Shown here one piece after another: positions 19,944-28,514 of a stretch of DNA of 64,000 bases. The position numbers were made by a program, and so were the translations under genes. This DNA is from Nannocystales bacterium (GTDB lineage Bacteria; Myxococcota_A; Polyangia; Nannocystales; Nannocystaceae): positions 287,701 to 351,700 of the forward strand of contig JBOEGF010000002.1 of the NCBI GenBank assembly GCA_050633305.1, in the 5' to 3' direction. Position 1 is the first letter of the stretch, and each line of letters starts with the position of its first letter. Below the pieces are notes generated by a model, which was not told where the DNA came from, did no database searches, and worked only from the letters and a program-made list of their open reading frames with translations.

Positions 19944-20768
19944 ATGAAGACGTTCCGAAAATCTGCGTCACTTCTTGCCGTTTTTGTAGCCGGCTTATGG
20001 GCCCGAGAGGCCGACGCCGCCGTCTGCGACTCGCTGGTGCTCGGCAACAACCCGCAGGATGTGGTCATTGGTGAGGCTGGGTTCGAGACCTGTGTAGGAG
20101 GCCCGTCGCCGTTCTGCTTTTTCCAGCCCTACCTCGGTACGCCGCGACTCGGGGCTTGCTGGCGGGACGACGGCGGGGATTGGCAAATGGAGATCCTCGA
20201 ATGCACGGGCAGCACCGTCGACACCGACATCTTCTTCCTGCAGACCACAGGTGGAGACGACCGCGTCGCGGTCCTCGAGGACGAGCACACGACCGGCGAC
20301 CTGACGCTGTTGCCTGCAGGTGGAGGAACGGGCGCAATGTACTGTGGAAGCACGGGCGACGCCATCGCCCCGTGGAACCCGAACTTCGACTTTCAGATCT
20401 ACGCGTATCTCGGGACCGGCTCGGATCTCTTTCACGGCTCGGACAACCGGGATGTCGTGTGGACGAATGCGCCGCAGATGTCAGGCGGCATCTGGACATC
20501 GCCTGCCGACGGCCCCGGATACGACAAAGTCTGCACCTGGGGCGGCGACGACTACCTGTACGGCGACCTCGACGACTCGTGGACCACCGCGGAAGACTGG
20601 CTCGACGGCGGAGCCAACACCGACCTCTGCGATGGTGACTACAACGTCGATGGAAACGACACCAGCGATCTGCACCGCAACTGCGAGACCCACTACGACG
20701 CGTATCCCGACGCGAGTCTGAACCTCATTCTTTGCGACGACGACGACGACCCCCTCCACGAGTGGTAG
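19944..20768 (+). CDS. Secreted acidic protein with RTX/hemolysin-type Ca-binding-like motifs
   Basis: Signal peptide ending ADA; GGDDRV, GTGSDLFHG, GGDDYLYGD, DWLDGGANTDLCDG. Confidence 0.8.
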   Translation: MKTFRKSASLLAVFVAGLWAREADAAVCDSLVLGNNPQDVVIGEAGFETCVGGPSPFCFFQPYLGTPRLGACWRDDGGDWQMEILECTGSTVDTDIFFLQTTGGDDRVAVLEDEHTTGDLTLLPAGGGTGAMYCGSTGDAIAPWNPNFDFQIYAYLGTGSDLFHGSDNRDVVWTNAPQMSGGIWTSPADGPGYDKVCTWGGDDYLYGDLDDSWTTAEDWLDGGANTDLCDGDYNVDGNDTSDLHRNCETHYDAYPDASLNLILCDDDDDPLHEW

Positions 20769-20901
20769 GGGGGACACCCCAGACAGAGGGCTGCTCGCCC
20801 ACCTGCAGTCGAACTCGCTGGAGTTCGAGACCTGTCGCTTCGGAGCGCGCTTTTCGGGGCGGGCTCCGTCTTGCCATCGCGCTCCGGCGATCGCACCCGG
20901 G

Positions 20902-21723
20902 TCAGTGAAGCAGGAGCTGCAGCGAGAGCGTCTCGTCGAGCGCCTCGAGGATCTCGAGGGCCGGCGCCCACTGAAGCGCGCCCCGAAATCGGACGCCAAC
21001 GACTTCGCAGTTCGGCAGACCAAAGTGCGGAGCCTTCAAAGCCTGGAGCAGTTCCGAGAGGCGGTCGGGGCCTGTGTAGACGTGGCTGATCGACGGGTAG
21101 CCGATCGACACCGGTGGCTCGCTGGCGGCTGCGGGAGAGTCCAACGAGAGCGCGGTGGCCGGGGAGGGTTCGAAAGAGAGCCGCGCGCCGAAGCCGTTGT
21201 TGGTCAGCTGCGGATATCGACTCAGATGGATGCGATCCGGCTCGACGTCGACGCTCACTCGGGAGCAGCGCGGAGGCGGTCGGTCGGTCGCATCCGCCGG
21301 CGGGAGCCTGAACCGGAGCCCGAGTACCCGCAGCGGGGTCTTCTCGCCGCCGACCGGTATGCGGACGACTCCAGAGTCGGGGAGTATGATTTCGGGTAAC
21401 GCGGCGAGCACGTTCTCGACGGGGACGTCATCATCGGGCAGCAAGACATCTGGCTCGCCGGAGCAGGCCCTGCGCAGGTCACCTTCGTGTCGCTTGGTTC
21501 GAAGCGCGTCGAGAATCTCGAGGGGTGTGCCCTGCGAGAGGACGGTCGTCTCCGAGTGGATGCCCGATTGGACCGAAAACTCGCCCGGCGAAAGGGTGAC
21601 CAGGTTGGGTAGAGGCGAGCAACTGGCGTCGGGTCCGGGGGTGGGCGTGGCGGTGCAGCCTGCGACTAGCGCAACACAGCCACAGAGCAGCCGGCTCATC
21701 ACAACTCTTGGACACCCGGACAT
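20902..21723 (-). CDS. Hypothetical lipoprotein
   Basis: LVAGC lipobox; protein-like composition; start uncertain (21723 or 21699). Confidence 0.6.
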   Translation of the reverse strand: MSGCPRVVMSRLLCGCVALVAGCTATPTPGPDASCSPLPNLVTLSPGEFSVQSGIHSETTVLSQGTPLEILDALRTKRHEGDLRRACSGEPDVLLPDDDVPVENVLAALPEIILPDSGVVRIPVGGEKTPLRVLGLRFRLPPADATDRPPPRCSRVSVDVEPDRIHLSRYPQLTNNGFGARLSFEPSPATALSLDSPAAASEPPVSIGYPSISHVYTGPDRLSELLQALKAPHFGLPNCEVVGVRFRGALQWAPALEILEALDETLSLQLLLH

Positions 21724-21814
21724 CGTGGCAGGTTCTACACGACTGCGGTTTGTTCCAGGCGCCTGGTTTGCGGGGTCAGTCCGAGGCGCTTGGTCGTGCC
21801 GAGCCGACCCTGCA

Positions 21815-22516
21815 TCACGGCGCGCGCGACTCGGCACAGCGAAAGCCGATCCTCGCAGAACGCACCTCCGAGACGCGCTCTTGGGGATCCGTCACCCACT
21901 CGGAGACGTTCCCAACCAGGTCGTAGATGCCGTGCACACTGCGACCTTGTGGTGCAGCGCCGACCGGCGCCGTCGGGCCCCGCAGCAGAGGGCAATCATT
22001 TTGCCACGTCGACATCGTCGAACACGTGGGCTCGGACTCTCCCCATGGCCACGTCCGCCCCTCCGCCCCTCCAACGATCTCCCATCGCTGCTCCGCGCCT
22101 GTGGGGAGTCGGCGACCTTGCCAGCTGCAATACGCCTGAGCCTGCCCGAGGTCCACGCAGTTCACAGGGAACCCATCCCGGTCGGAGAAGCTGGAGTTGC
22201 ACGTGCGTTGTTTTCTTCGCTGGCAGCCGGGTAGCGGCGTCTCACACCAACCGTCGTCCTTCTGCCCGAGCTCGAGCTCGCCGCTGCACGCCCCTGCCTG
22301 GACACACTCGTCGTACTGGCGAACGGTCACTTCCGTCGCCTCCAGGCAGTAGGCAGCAATCTCCACCCTTTGGCCGCCACCATCGTCGAGCACGCCTCCT
22401 GGGATCGGGACGCAACCGGTCCGACTCGTTCCGGACGAGTCGGCACCGGGGGCCATGGAGCCTGGCAGCGCGCAGCCCATGGACAGGGCAAGCCAGGTGA
22501 GGAACGCGGTCCGCAT
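21815..22516 (-). CDS. FGE-sulfatase (SUMF1/formylglycine-generating enzyme family) domain lipoprotein, apparently with an internal deletion
   Basis: EVTVRQY..CV.AGAC, PVNCVD..QAQAYC.W.GRRLPT, PWG, DLVGNVSEW, GFRCA; the usual RGGS segment is missing. Confidence 0.82.
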   Translation of the reverse strand: MRTAFLTWLALSMGCALPGSMAPGADSSGTSRTGCVPIPGGVLDDGGGQRVEIAAYCLEATEVTVRQYDECVQAGACSGELELGQKDDGWCETPLPGCQRRKQRTCNSSFSDRDGFPVNCVDLGQAQAYCSWQGRRLPTGAEQRWEIVGGAEGRTWPWGESEPTCSTMSTWQNDCPLLRGPTAPVGAAPQGRSVHGIYDLVGNVSEWVTDPQERVSEVRSARIGFRCAESRAP

Positions 22517-22578
22517 CGCGCGGTTCGAACGCCCCACGACCCCTCGTCCTTTCAGGTCAAGAGAGTTCTGGTGCTGAG

Positions 22579-23250
22579 CTATGGGCGGACCTGTGGCGTC
22601 AACAGCACCGGGTGTTCCACTGAGTATCCGCCTTCGTACGGCAGGCCGATCGCCTCGACAATCGCCACCGTCGCGTCGACGGCCGGTAGGCGAAACGCTC
22701 GAGCGACGCGAACCTTCCGGCACGGCCCGAGAGCTTGGGGAGGCGCGGCGAGGCCTGAGGTGCCGAGGCATCCGTAGCTATCCAAGACGACAACACCGGC
22801 CTTCGAGTGGTCTGCGGAGCGCACACGCACACGAAGGCGCTCCCCGTACACGGGCGGGTCGAGCGGATTCGGCTGCCAGGTGAGCCGTCGGACTCGGCGA
22901 GCCTGCGCTGCGAAACGCCACCGGCGCTCCTTCTTTCCCTGCCGCAGCCGCGCCACGAGGCGGTCGATGTTGCCCTCCCCATCCTCGGCGGTCTCATCGG
23001 GCGGCCCAGCACGAGGCCAGCTGCGAACCTCAACCACGGTGCCTGCACGAGGGCCGGACAGCGTCATGTAGATCTGCCCCGTGCGCCCCTCCCCATCCCC
23101 GTGGCGGATCGTCTGGAAGTACGCCTTGCCGTCACGGGCGGCGTATCCGAGGAAGGAGATCGTTTTCTCCCCCCCGGATGTCGCGCCGGCGATTTCTGGC
23201 GTCGATAGGGCGAGGATCACGAGAGCCGCGGTCGAGACGAGCAGACGCAC
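22579..23250 (-). CDS. Hypothetical secreted protein
   Basis: VRLLVSTAALVILALSTPEIAGA signal; C-terminal GLPYEGGYSVEHPVLL. Confidence 0.65.
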   Translation of the reverse strand: MRLLVSTAALVILALSTPEIAGATSGGEKTISFLGYAARDGKAYFQTIRHGDGEGRTGQIYMTLSGPRAGTVVEVRSWPRAGPPDETAEDGEGNIDRLVARLRQGKKERRWRFAAQARRVRRLTWQPNPLDPPVYGERLRVRVRSADHSKAGVVVLDSYGCLGTSGLAAPPQALGPCRKVRVARAFRLPAVDATVAIVEAIGLPYEGGYSVEHPVLLTPQVRP

Positions 23251-23533
23251 CAATGACACTGACGCACCAACGGGGCGTGGACATTTCAAACGTGAGCTCT
23301 GGCTCCAATGAGCACCGCTCAACCCCTGCCTTCGACAACACCCGCCTGCTCCGGACACAGAGCGCCTCCGAGTGACCGCGGACTCGAAGGGCAACCTGCC
23401 TCCCTGCACGCCTCGCTTCGTGGGTCCGCATGCCAACTCCGCTTCCCTTGGCCTGCCCCGGGCCTGTGCACGACGGTGATGCGGATCTGTGCGGCCGGCT
23501 GACGACGCTCGCGATGGATGAGCAACGTGCAGT

Positions 23534-23998
23534 TCAGGGATACTCGCAGGCCGGTGGTGGCCCGGGGAACCTCCCGTTGCAGAACATGCCCTCCGGGCAG
23601 GTCGTCTCGTCGACCGAGCAGGAAAGCCGACACAGCGACCCGCGAGAACTCTTCACGCAACTGGCCACCGCATCTCCTTCTGGCGGGGCCGGGCAATCCA
23701 TTCTCGCCATGTCACATGCGGGCGTGCAATAGCCCGCGGCTTCCGAGCAGCGGAGACCCGCCACGCACTCCTCGTCGTCAGCGCACTGGTCATAGGCACC
23801 TCCGAGACTCGCTCCGGCCGTGCTCGCCGACCCGGACCTGGTGCCCGTGGACGTGACCCCTCCCGTGGTCGTCGCCCCACCGGTGGAGTCGCTCTCCCCG
23901 GGACCGTCATCGCCGATCGACCGCTCCGGTGCCACAGGATCTGCAGCCTCACTTGCAACCGCCACAGCACGGGTGGAGACGCGTCCGAGCGTCGCCAC
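23534..23998 (-). CDS. Cys-rich protein paralogous to the C-terminus of 10479-11063; 5' end uncertain or degraded
   Basis: S/T linker, then YDQC...CPAPPEGDAVASC...CRLSC...CPEGMFC. Confidence 0.55.
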   Translation of the reverse strand: MATLGRVSTRAVAVASEAADPVAPERSIGDDGPGESDSTGGATTTGGVTSTGTRSGSASTAGASLGGAYDQCADDEECVAGLRCSEAAGYCTPACDMARMDCPAPPEGDAVASCVKSSRGSLCRLSCSVDETTCPEGMFCNGRFPGPPPACEYP

Positions 23999-24039
23999 AC
24001 AATAGGACTTGCGAGCCGCGCTCCATGCTATCCGGGGAC

Positions 24040-24477
24040 ATGGCGTGGACAAACACCGTCTCGAGCATCGCCAACCCCGACGTGCGGGCCAAGTTCGAGA
24101 CGTACCCGCCCGCGATGCAAACGAAGCTCCTGCGGCTACGGCGACTGATCGTCGAGAGCGCGCGGGAACACGGCGTGCTGGGCACACTCCAAGAGACGTT
24201 GAAGTGGAACGAGCCGAGTTACCTCGCAAAGGGTGGCAGTGCGGTTCGCTTCGACTACAAGCCAGCGATGCCCGACCGCTACGCGTTGTACTTCCAGTGT
24301 CAGACCAAACTGATCGCGACGTTCCGTGAAGTCCATCGCGACGCCTTCGAGTTCGAGGGCAACCGTGCGATCGTGCTCAAGCGGTCGGCCAAGGTTCTGG
24401 TCCGGCCACTCAAGCACTGCATCGGCCTGGCCCTTCGATACCACTCGATCAAGCACTTGCCGCTCCTTGGAGCGTGA
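24040..24477 (+). CDS. DUF1801 (YdhG-like) protein
   Basis: LLRLRRLI..ETLKWNEPSYL..GSAVR.D..YALYFQCQTKLI.TF...FEGNRAI..CI.LALRYH. Confidence 0.9.
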   Translation: MAWTNTVSSIANPDVRAKFETYPPAMQTKLLRLRRLIVESAREHGVLGTLQETLKWNEPSYLAKGGSAVRFDYKPAMPDRYALYFQCQTKLIATFREVHRDAFEFEGNRAIVLKRSAKVLVRPLKHCIGLALRYHSIKHLPLLGA

Positions 24478-24621
24478 GCTTCGCAAGCATCCCGCCACGC
24501 GTAGGCGTCAATCATCGACGGGCGTTCGCGCAAGGCCACGGCGTTCGAAACGAGTGTGGGCTGCGACCGCCTGGATGCAGAAAACATGGACGGCACGAAC
24601 TCGGTGTCGTGCGCGGCCGAG

Positions 24622-25410
24622 TCAGTCGACTTCGTAGGTCACATGCACGACGGTGATCACGTCCTTCTCCAGAGAAGACTTGTCGTTGTAGCCCTCCCAC
24701 GATGTTGCAGTGGAGTTGGCGGGGTTGATGTTGATCACGCCCATGTGGGTGTCGACGATCCCTCCCAGGTGTGCCCCGCCGGCGGCTTCCAGGATCCGCT
24801 CGGCTCGCTCCCGAGCGTCTGCCGAAGCCTCGGCGAGGATCTCGATCTTGAGGTCCTCGAGCCCGGTGTAGTGGTACTGGGGCGGGGACGACTCGATGGG
24901 GATGTTCTGATCGAGGAGCCCAGTGATCTCTCTCGAGACCGCTTCGACCTTGTCGACGTCGTCGCTGGTGACGGTGAGGGTTTGGCCTGCGAAGAAGCCG
25001 TCGAGACGCGAGTGCGACACCGCCTCTTCGCCCACCTGTTCGTACTCGGTCTTGTAGGACGCCGAGACTTCGGTGGAGGAGATGCGGATCTCATCGCGTT
25101 CGATGCCGTGGTCGATGAGATAGGCGACCGCTTTCTCCACGTCGGTGTGAACTTTCCGGTAGGCGGCCGCGCGTGATGGAGCCCGGTGACGGATTGTGGC
25201 GTTCCACTCGAGCAGATCGGAGGTGATCCGCTGTGTGGCAGAGCCGGTCACGCGGATCGTGTTGCGCTTCGTTTTGACCTGGTACCAAGCCGTTGCGGCG
25301 ATCGAGACCGAAGCGACGATGCTCAGCGGCACCAGTAGCCGCGTTGCCCAGCCGCGGATCGCTGCGCTGCGGGTAAGCATGTGGGGGTCGGTTGGTTGGG
25401 TTTCGGACAT
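24622..25410 (-). CDS. SIMPL domain (DUF541) protein
   Basis: TM anchor, TIRVTGSA, LKIEILAEASADARERAE.I, KDVITVVHVTYE. Confidence 0.9.
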   Translation of the reverse strand: MSETQPTDPHMLTRSAAIRGWATRLLVPLSIVASVSIAATAWYQVKTKRNTIRVTGSATQRITSDLLEWNATIRHRAPSRAAAYRKVHTDVEKAVAYLIDHGIERDEIRISSTEVSASYKTEYEQVGEEAVSHSRLDGFFAGQTLTVTSDDVDKVEAVSREITGLLDQNIPIESSPPQYHYTGLEDLKIEILAEASADARERAERILEAAGGAHLGGIVDTHMGVININPANSTATSWEGYNDKSSLEKDVITVVHVTYEVD

Positions 25411-25856
25411 GCGTACCTATCGCCGTAGACGGGACGGGCACGCGGCCGCCGAGTTGCAGCGTGCGCCTCTTCTTTCTGCCGGGCTCACCCGACGTTACGC
25501 TCGTGTGCAACGCCTTCCTCGTCGCAGAGCGGGCGCGGTCTTCTTCCCCCCGGTGGGCACCGTCAAGCACGCAGGTCGTGCCCTCGAAGAGGCGGCCTGA
25601 ACGTCATGTTCCCGACTCGATGATCCGCACGACGATCGCCCTTGCCAAGGCGGTCCGCATTTGTTGGTTGCCTCGATGTCCGTGTCGCCTGCGACCTCGA
25701 CAACCGGACGATGGGGACCTGACCTGCCGTCACCGCAGGTTGCCGCGCTGAACTGGCGGCAGTGTGCACGGCGGGCCGCGAGCGAGCGCGATCGTGGAGC
25801 AGCGGCTCTGCGGCCGGGTGTGGATTGGGGTGCGACCAGCGTTGGGTCGAGCCCGG

Positions 25857-26084
25857 CTAGAACAGGGAATACGCAAACGGGGCGATGTAGGCGAGGCCGC
25901 CGGTCAGCCACAGGAGCACGCCTGCACAGAGCAGCACAAGCAGCAGCGGGGCGAGGACAAAGCGCGCCGGGTGCAGAAAGTGGGCGATCAAAGACCCGAT
26001 GGTCTTCAGCCGCGCGCCGAGGCGGTGAAGGGGTCCGGGTCGCGTCGGAGTGCGCGGCGGCGCGATGTCGTTTTCGCCGCTCAT
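25857..26084 (-). CDS. DUF5989/SxtK-like small membrane protein
   Basis: FVLAPLLLVLL...IAPFAYSLF C-terminal signature; ATGA overlap with the carbamoyltransferase stop. Confidence 0.85.
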   Translation of the reverse strand: MSGENDIAPPRTPTRPGPLHRLGARLKTIGSLIAHFLHPARFVLAPLLLVLLCAGVLLWLTGGLAYIAPFAYSLF

Positions 26085-27802
26085 TCGGGTCGGTCGATCC
26101 TCAGGTCTTCGATGAGCATCGAGTCGACCTTGTGCCGCATGAAGAAGGCGAGGGCGTCCTCGGCTCCGGCGACGATAGGTTCTCCCGGACCATTGAGGGA
26201 GGTGTTGAGCGCGATCGGGTCGTGCCCCGAGGCTTTGAGTGCGGTGAGCACTTCGTTGAGTGCGGGGGCACTCTGTGCGCAGACGGTCTGTACGCGAGCG
26301 GTGCCGTCCTCGTGTCGAACGGCGCCGAGCCGGCCAGCGCATTCGGGGCGAATTGGCAGCACGCTGGTCATGAAGGGCGTCATGTCATTGGCGTCTCCCT
26401 CGAAGAAATCGTTGGTGTCCGTCTTGAGCACTGCGGGCGCAAAAGGGCGGAAGGACTCGCGCTGTTTGATGAGGTGGTTGATACGATCCCGGGTCGCTCT
26501 CGCCCGCGGCGATGCGAAGACGCTGCGTTGCCCGAGCGCGCGAGGTCCCCATTCGAAGCGTCCTCGGACCACCGCGATGATCTTGTCCTGTGCGATGAGC
26601 GTGGCCGCCACGGTGGAGGGCTCCGAAACCCGCAGGACCGTCAGGCCAAGCTCTTTGGCGAGCCCGTGAGCGCGAGCTGTGTCGACTTCGACGCCCAAGG
26701 CCGCGGTTCGCATCGCCGCCGGCCGACCGTCGCCGAGTTCGATGCTGGCCAAGATGGCGGCGCCCAGCGCTCCGCCAGCATCGCCCGCGGCGGGCTGAAC
26801 GAACACCCGGTCGAATCCGGATTCACGCGCGAGCCGTGCGTTGGCCACACTGTTGAGGGCCACGCCCCCACCGAGGCAGAGCGCGCCGACCCCCGGCAGT
26901 TGTTGTCGCAGTCGGCGGGACAATCCGAGCAACGCGTCTTCGAGCACGCGCTGCAAGGTGGCGGCCACGTTCGCGTAATGCCGGTCCGCCGGATCGTCGA
27001 AATCCCACTTCTTGCCTGCGGCGCGTCGCGGCCCGAGCAAGGCCTCGAGCTGCGGGCCGAAGCCGAGGTTGGCGTCGCTCATATGTGCGAAGTAAGGCAG
27101 GTGGAGGTGATAGGCGCCGTCGCTCTGAAGGGTGATCAATCGCTCGAACGACTCGCGCAGGCCGTCCGTTCCCGCCCTGCCCCACGCGGCGAGGCCCATG
27201 ACCTTGTACTCCCCCTCGTTGACCGCAAAGCCGAGCCACGCAGTGATCGCCGCGTAGAGCAGCCCGAGCGAATGGGGAAAGTCGATGCTCTCGAGTCCGC
27301 GTAGTTCGGTGCCGTTCGCATGCCAGGTCGTCGTCGAGCTTTGTTCGCCGACGCCGTCGAGCACCAAGACGGCACACGCCTCGTACGGGGATGTGAAGGC
27401 GGCTGCCGCGGCGTGCGTGCGGTGGTGTTCGAGGCACTTCACTTTCTTGCGTTGGACGCCGAGCCCTTCGGCGAGGTGGTCGAGGACCCACAGGTTTCCG
27501 CCGAGCTGAGAGGCCATCGCACGGGGAAACTGCCGCCAGCTGCGTGGCAAGTTGCGCAGCATGGAGACCATGACGCGCTCGAGTTTGTGGAAGGGACGTT
27601 CGTAGAAGGCCACCGCGTCGAGTTGTTCGGCGCGAAGACCCGCGTGGGCCAAGCAGGCCTGCGCGGCCTCGAGCGGCAGGGTGGGGTCGTTCTTGATCCG
27701 GCTGAGGCGTTCTTGCTGGATCGCCACCCGCACCTGTCCGTCCACAACCAACGCGGCGGCCGCGTCGTGGTAGTTGGCCGAGACGCCCAAGACTGCCGCC
27801 AT
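26081..27802 (-). CDS. O-carbamoyltransferase (NodU/CmcH/TobZ/SxtI family)
   Basis: LGVSANYHDAAAAL..QQERLSRIK; EHHRTHAA; DGVGE; HSLGLLY; EYKVMGLA; GGVALNSVAN; EWGPRALG.RS; RESFRPFAP; HEDGTARVQTV; NTSLN..GEPIV. Confidence 0.96.
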   Translation of the reverse strand: MAAVLGVSANYHDAAAALVVDGQVRVAIQQERLSRIKNDPTLPLEAAQACLAHAGLRAEQLDAVAFYERPFHKLERVMVSMLRNLPRSWRQFPRAMASQLGGNLWVLDHLAEGLGVQRKKVKCLEHHRTHAAAAAFTSPYEACAVLVLDGVGEQSSTTTWHANGTELRGLESIDFPHSLGLLYAAITAWLGFAVNEGEYKVMGLAAWGRAGTDGLRESFERLITLQSDGAYHLHLPYFAHMSDANLGFGPQLEALLGPRRAAGKKWDFDDPADRHYANVAATLQRVLEDALLGLSRRLRQQLPGVGALCLGGGVALNSVANARLARESGFDRVFVQPAAGDAGGALGAAILASIELGDGRPAAMRTAALGVEVDTARAHGLAKELGLTVLRVSEPSTVAATLIAQDKIIAVVRGRFEWGPRALGQRSVFASPRARATRDRINHLIKQRESFRPFAPAVLKTDTNDFFEGDANDMTPFMTSVLPIRPECAGRLGAVRHEDGTARVQTVCAQSAPALNEVLTALKASGHDPIALNTSLNGPGEPIVAGAEDALAFFMRHKVDSMLIEDLRIDRPE

Positions 27803-27806
27803 CGCG

Positions 27807-28514
27807 CTACTCCGCGTCCTCGCCCGCGGGCAGCGGCTGCCATCCCTCTCGGACGGGTCGCACGATCCGGACGAGGAGAGCGAGGGGCGCCGCAAGCACG
27901 TAGAGCACGAGCATCGTTGCGGCGTAGGCACTCTCGGCCAAGAACCGTCCGCTGCGGAGCCATGCGCGCCCGAGCTCCCACCGTCGCACTCGCCCGATGG
28001 CGCGCCGCATTGTCCTGGGGTCCCCGGCGAGTTCCAGGAGGAGTGCTTGGGTGTAGCTGGCGTGGCGTCGCTCGTCGACCAAGATGGTGCGTAGCAACGT
28101 GGCGTCGCGCTGCCGATTGTTCGCCTCGAAGTAGCTCACATACGCGTCGAACTGTCGAATCGCCCGCGCCTCGCCCCAATGGACGAAGGCGAGGAAGTCG
28201 AGCTCGCCGAGGCGGTCGAACAGGCCTTCGTAGTCGGCATGCACCCGGCGAACCTCCGCGGTTGGGCGCCCGGCTTGACTCATCAGCTGCACGCTGCGTC
28301 CGGTGAACATCCTGCAATGCCTCGCCTCATCATCCGCGTGACGAAGGTAGGCCGCGGCTCGCGAGCGCGACGATGTCCGGCGGGCGGCCAGCCGCAGGTC
28401 GAGCATGCTCGCCTGCTCTGCGTGCGCAAATCCGTGTAGCATTCGTGCGCTGCGAGCCGGCGTGCGCCAGACCCAACCGCTGGTGACCCGCGCAATTCCG
28501 CCGACGAGGTTCAA
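27807..28514 (-). CDS. Ferritin-like (diiron) domain protein with SxtJ-like C-terminal membrane segment
   Basis: E...DEARH...E...DERRH ligand pattern; C-terminal RAWLRSGRFL...LVLYVLAAPLALLVR; TTG start overlapping the upstream TGA. Confidence 0.8.
   Translation of the reverse strand: MNLVGGIARVTSGWVWRTPARSARMLHGFAHAEQASMLDLRLAARRTSSRSRAAAYLRHADDEARHCRMFTGRSVQLMSQAGRPTAEVRRVHADYEGLFDRLGELDFLAFVHWGEARAIRQFDAYVSYFEANNRQRDATLLRTILVDERRHASYTQALLLELAGDPRTMRRAIGRVRRWELGRAWLRSGRFLAESAYAATMLVLYVLAAPLALLVRIVRPVREGWQPLPAGEDAE

Noticed and set aside
25661..27304. 547-aa + strand ORF
   Set aside because: Antisense shadow of the carbamoyltransferase
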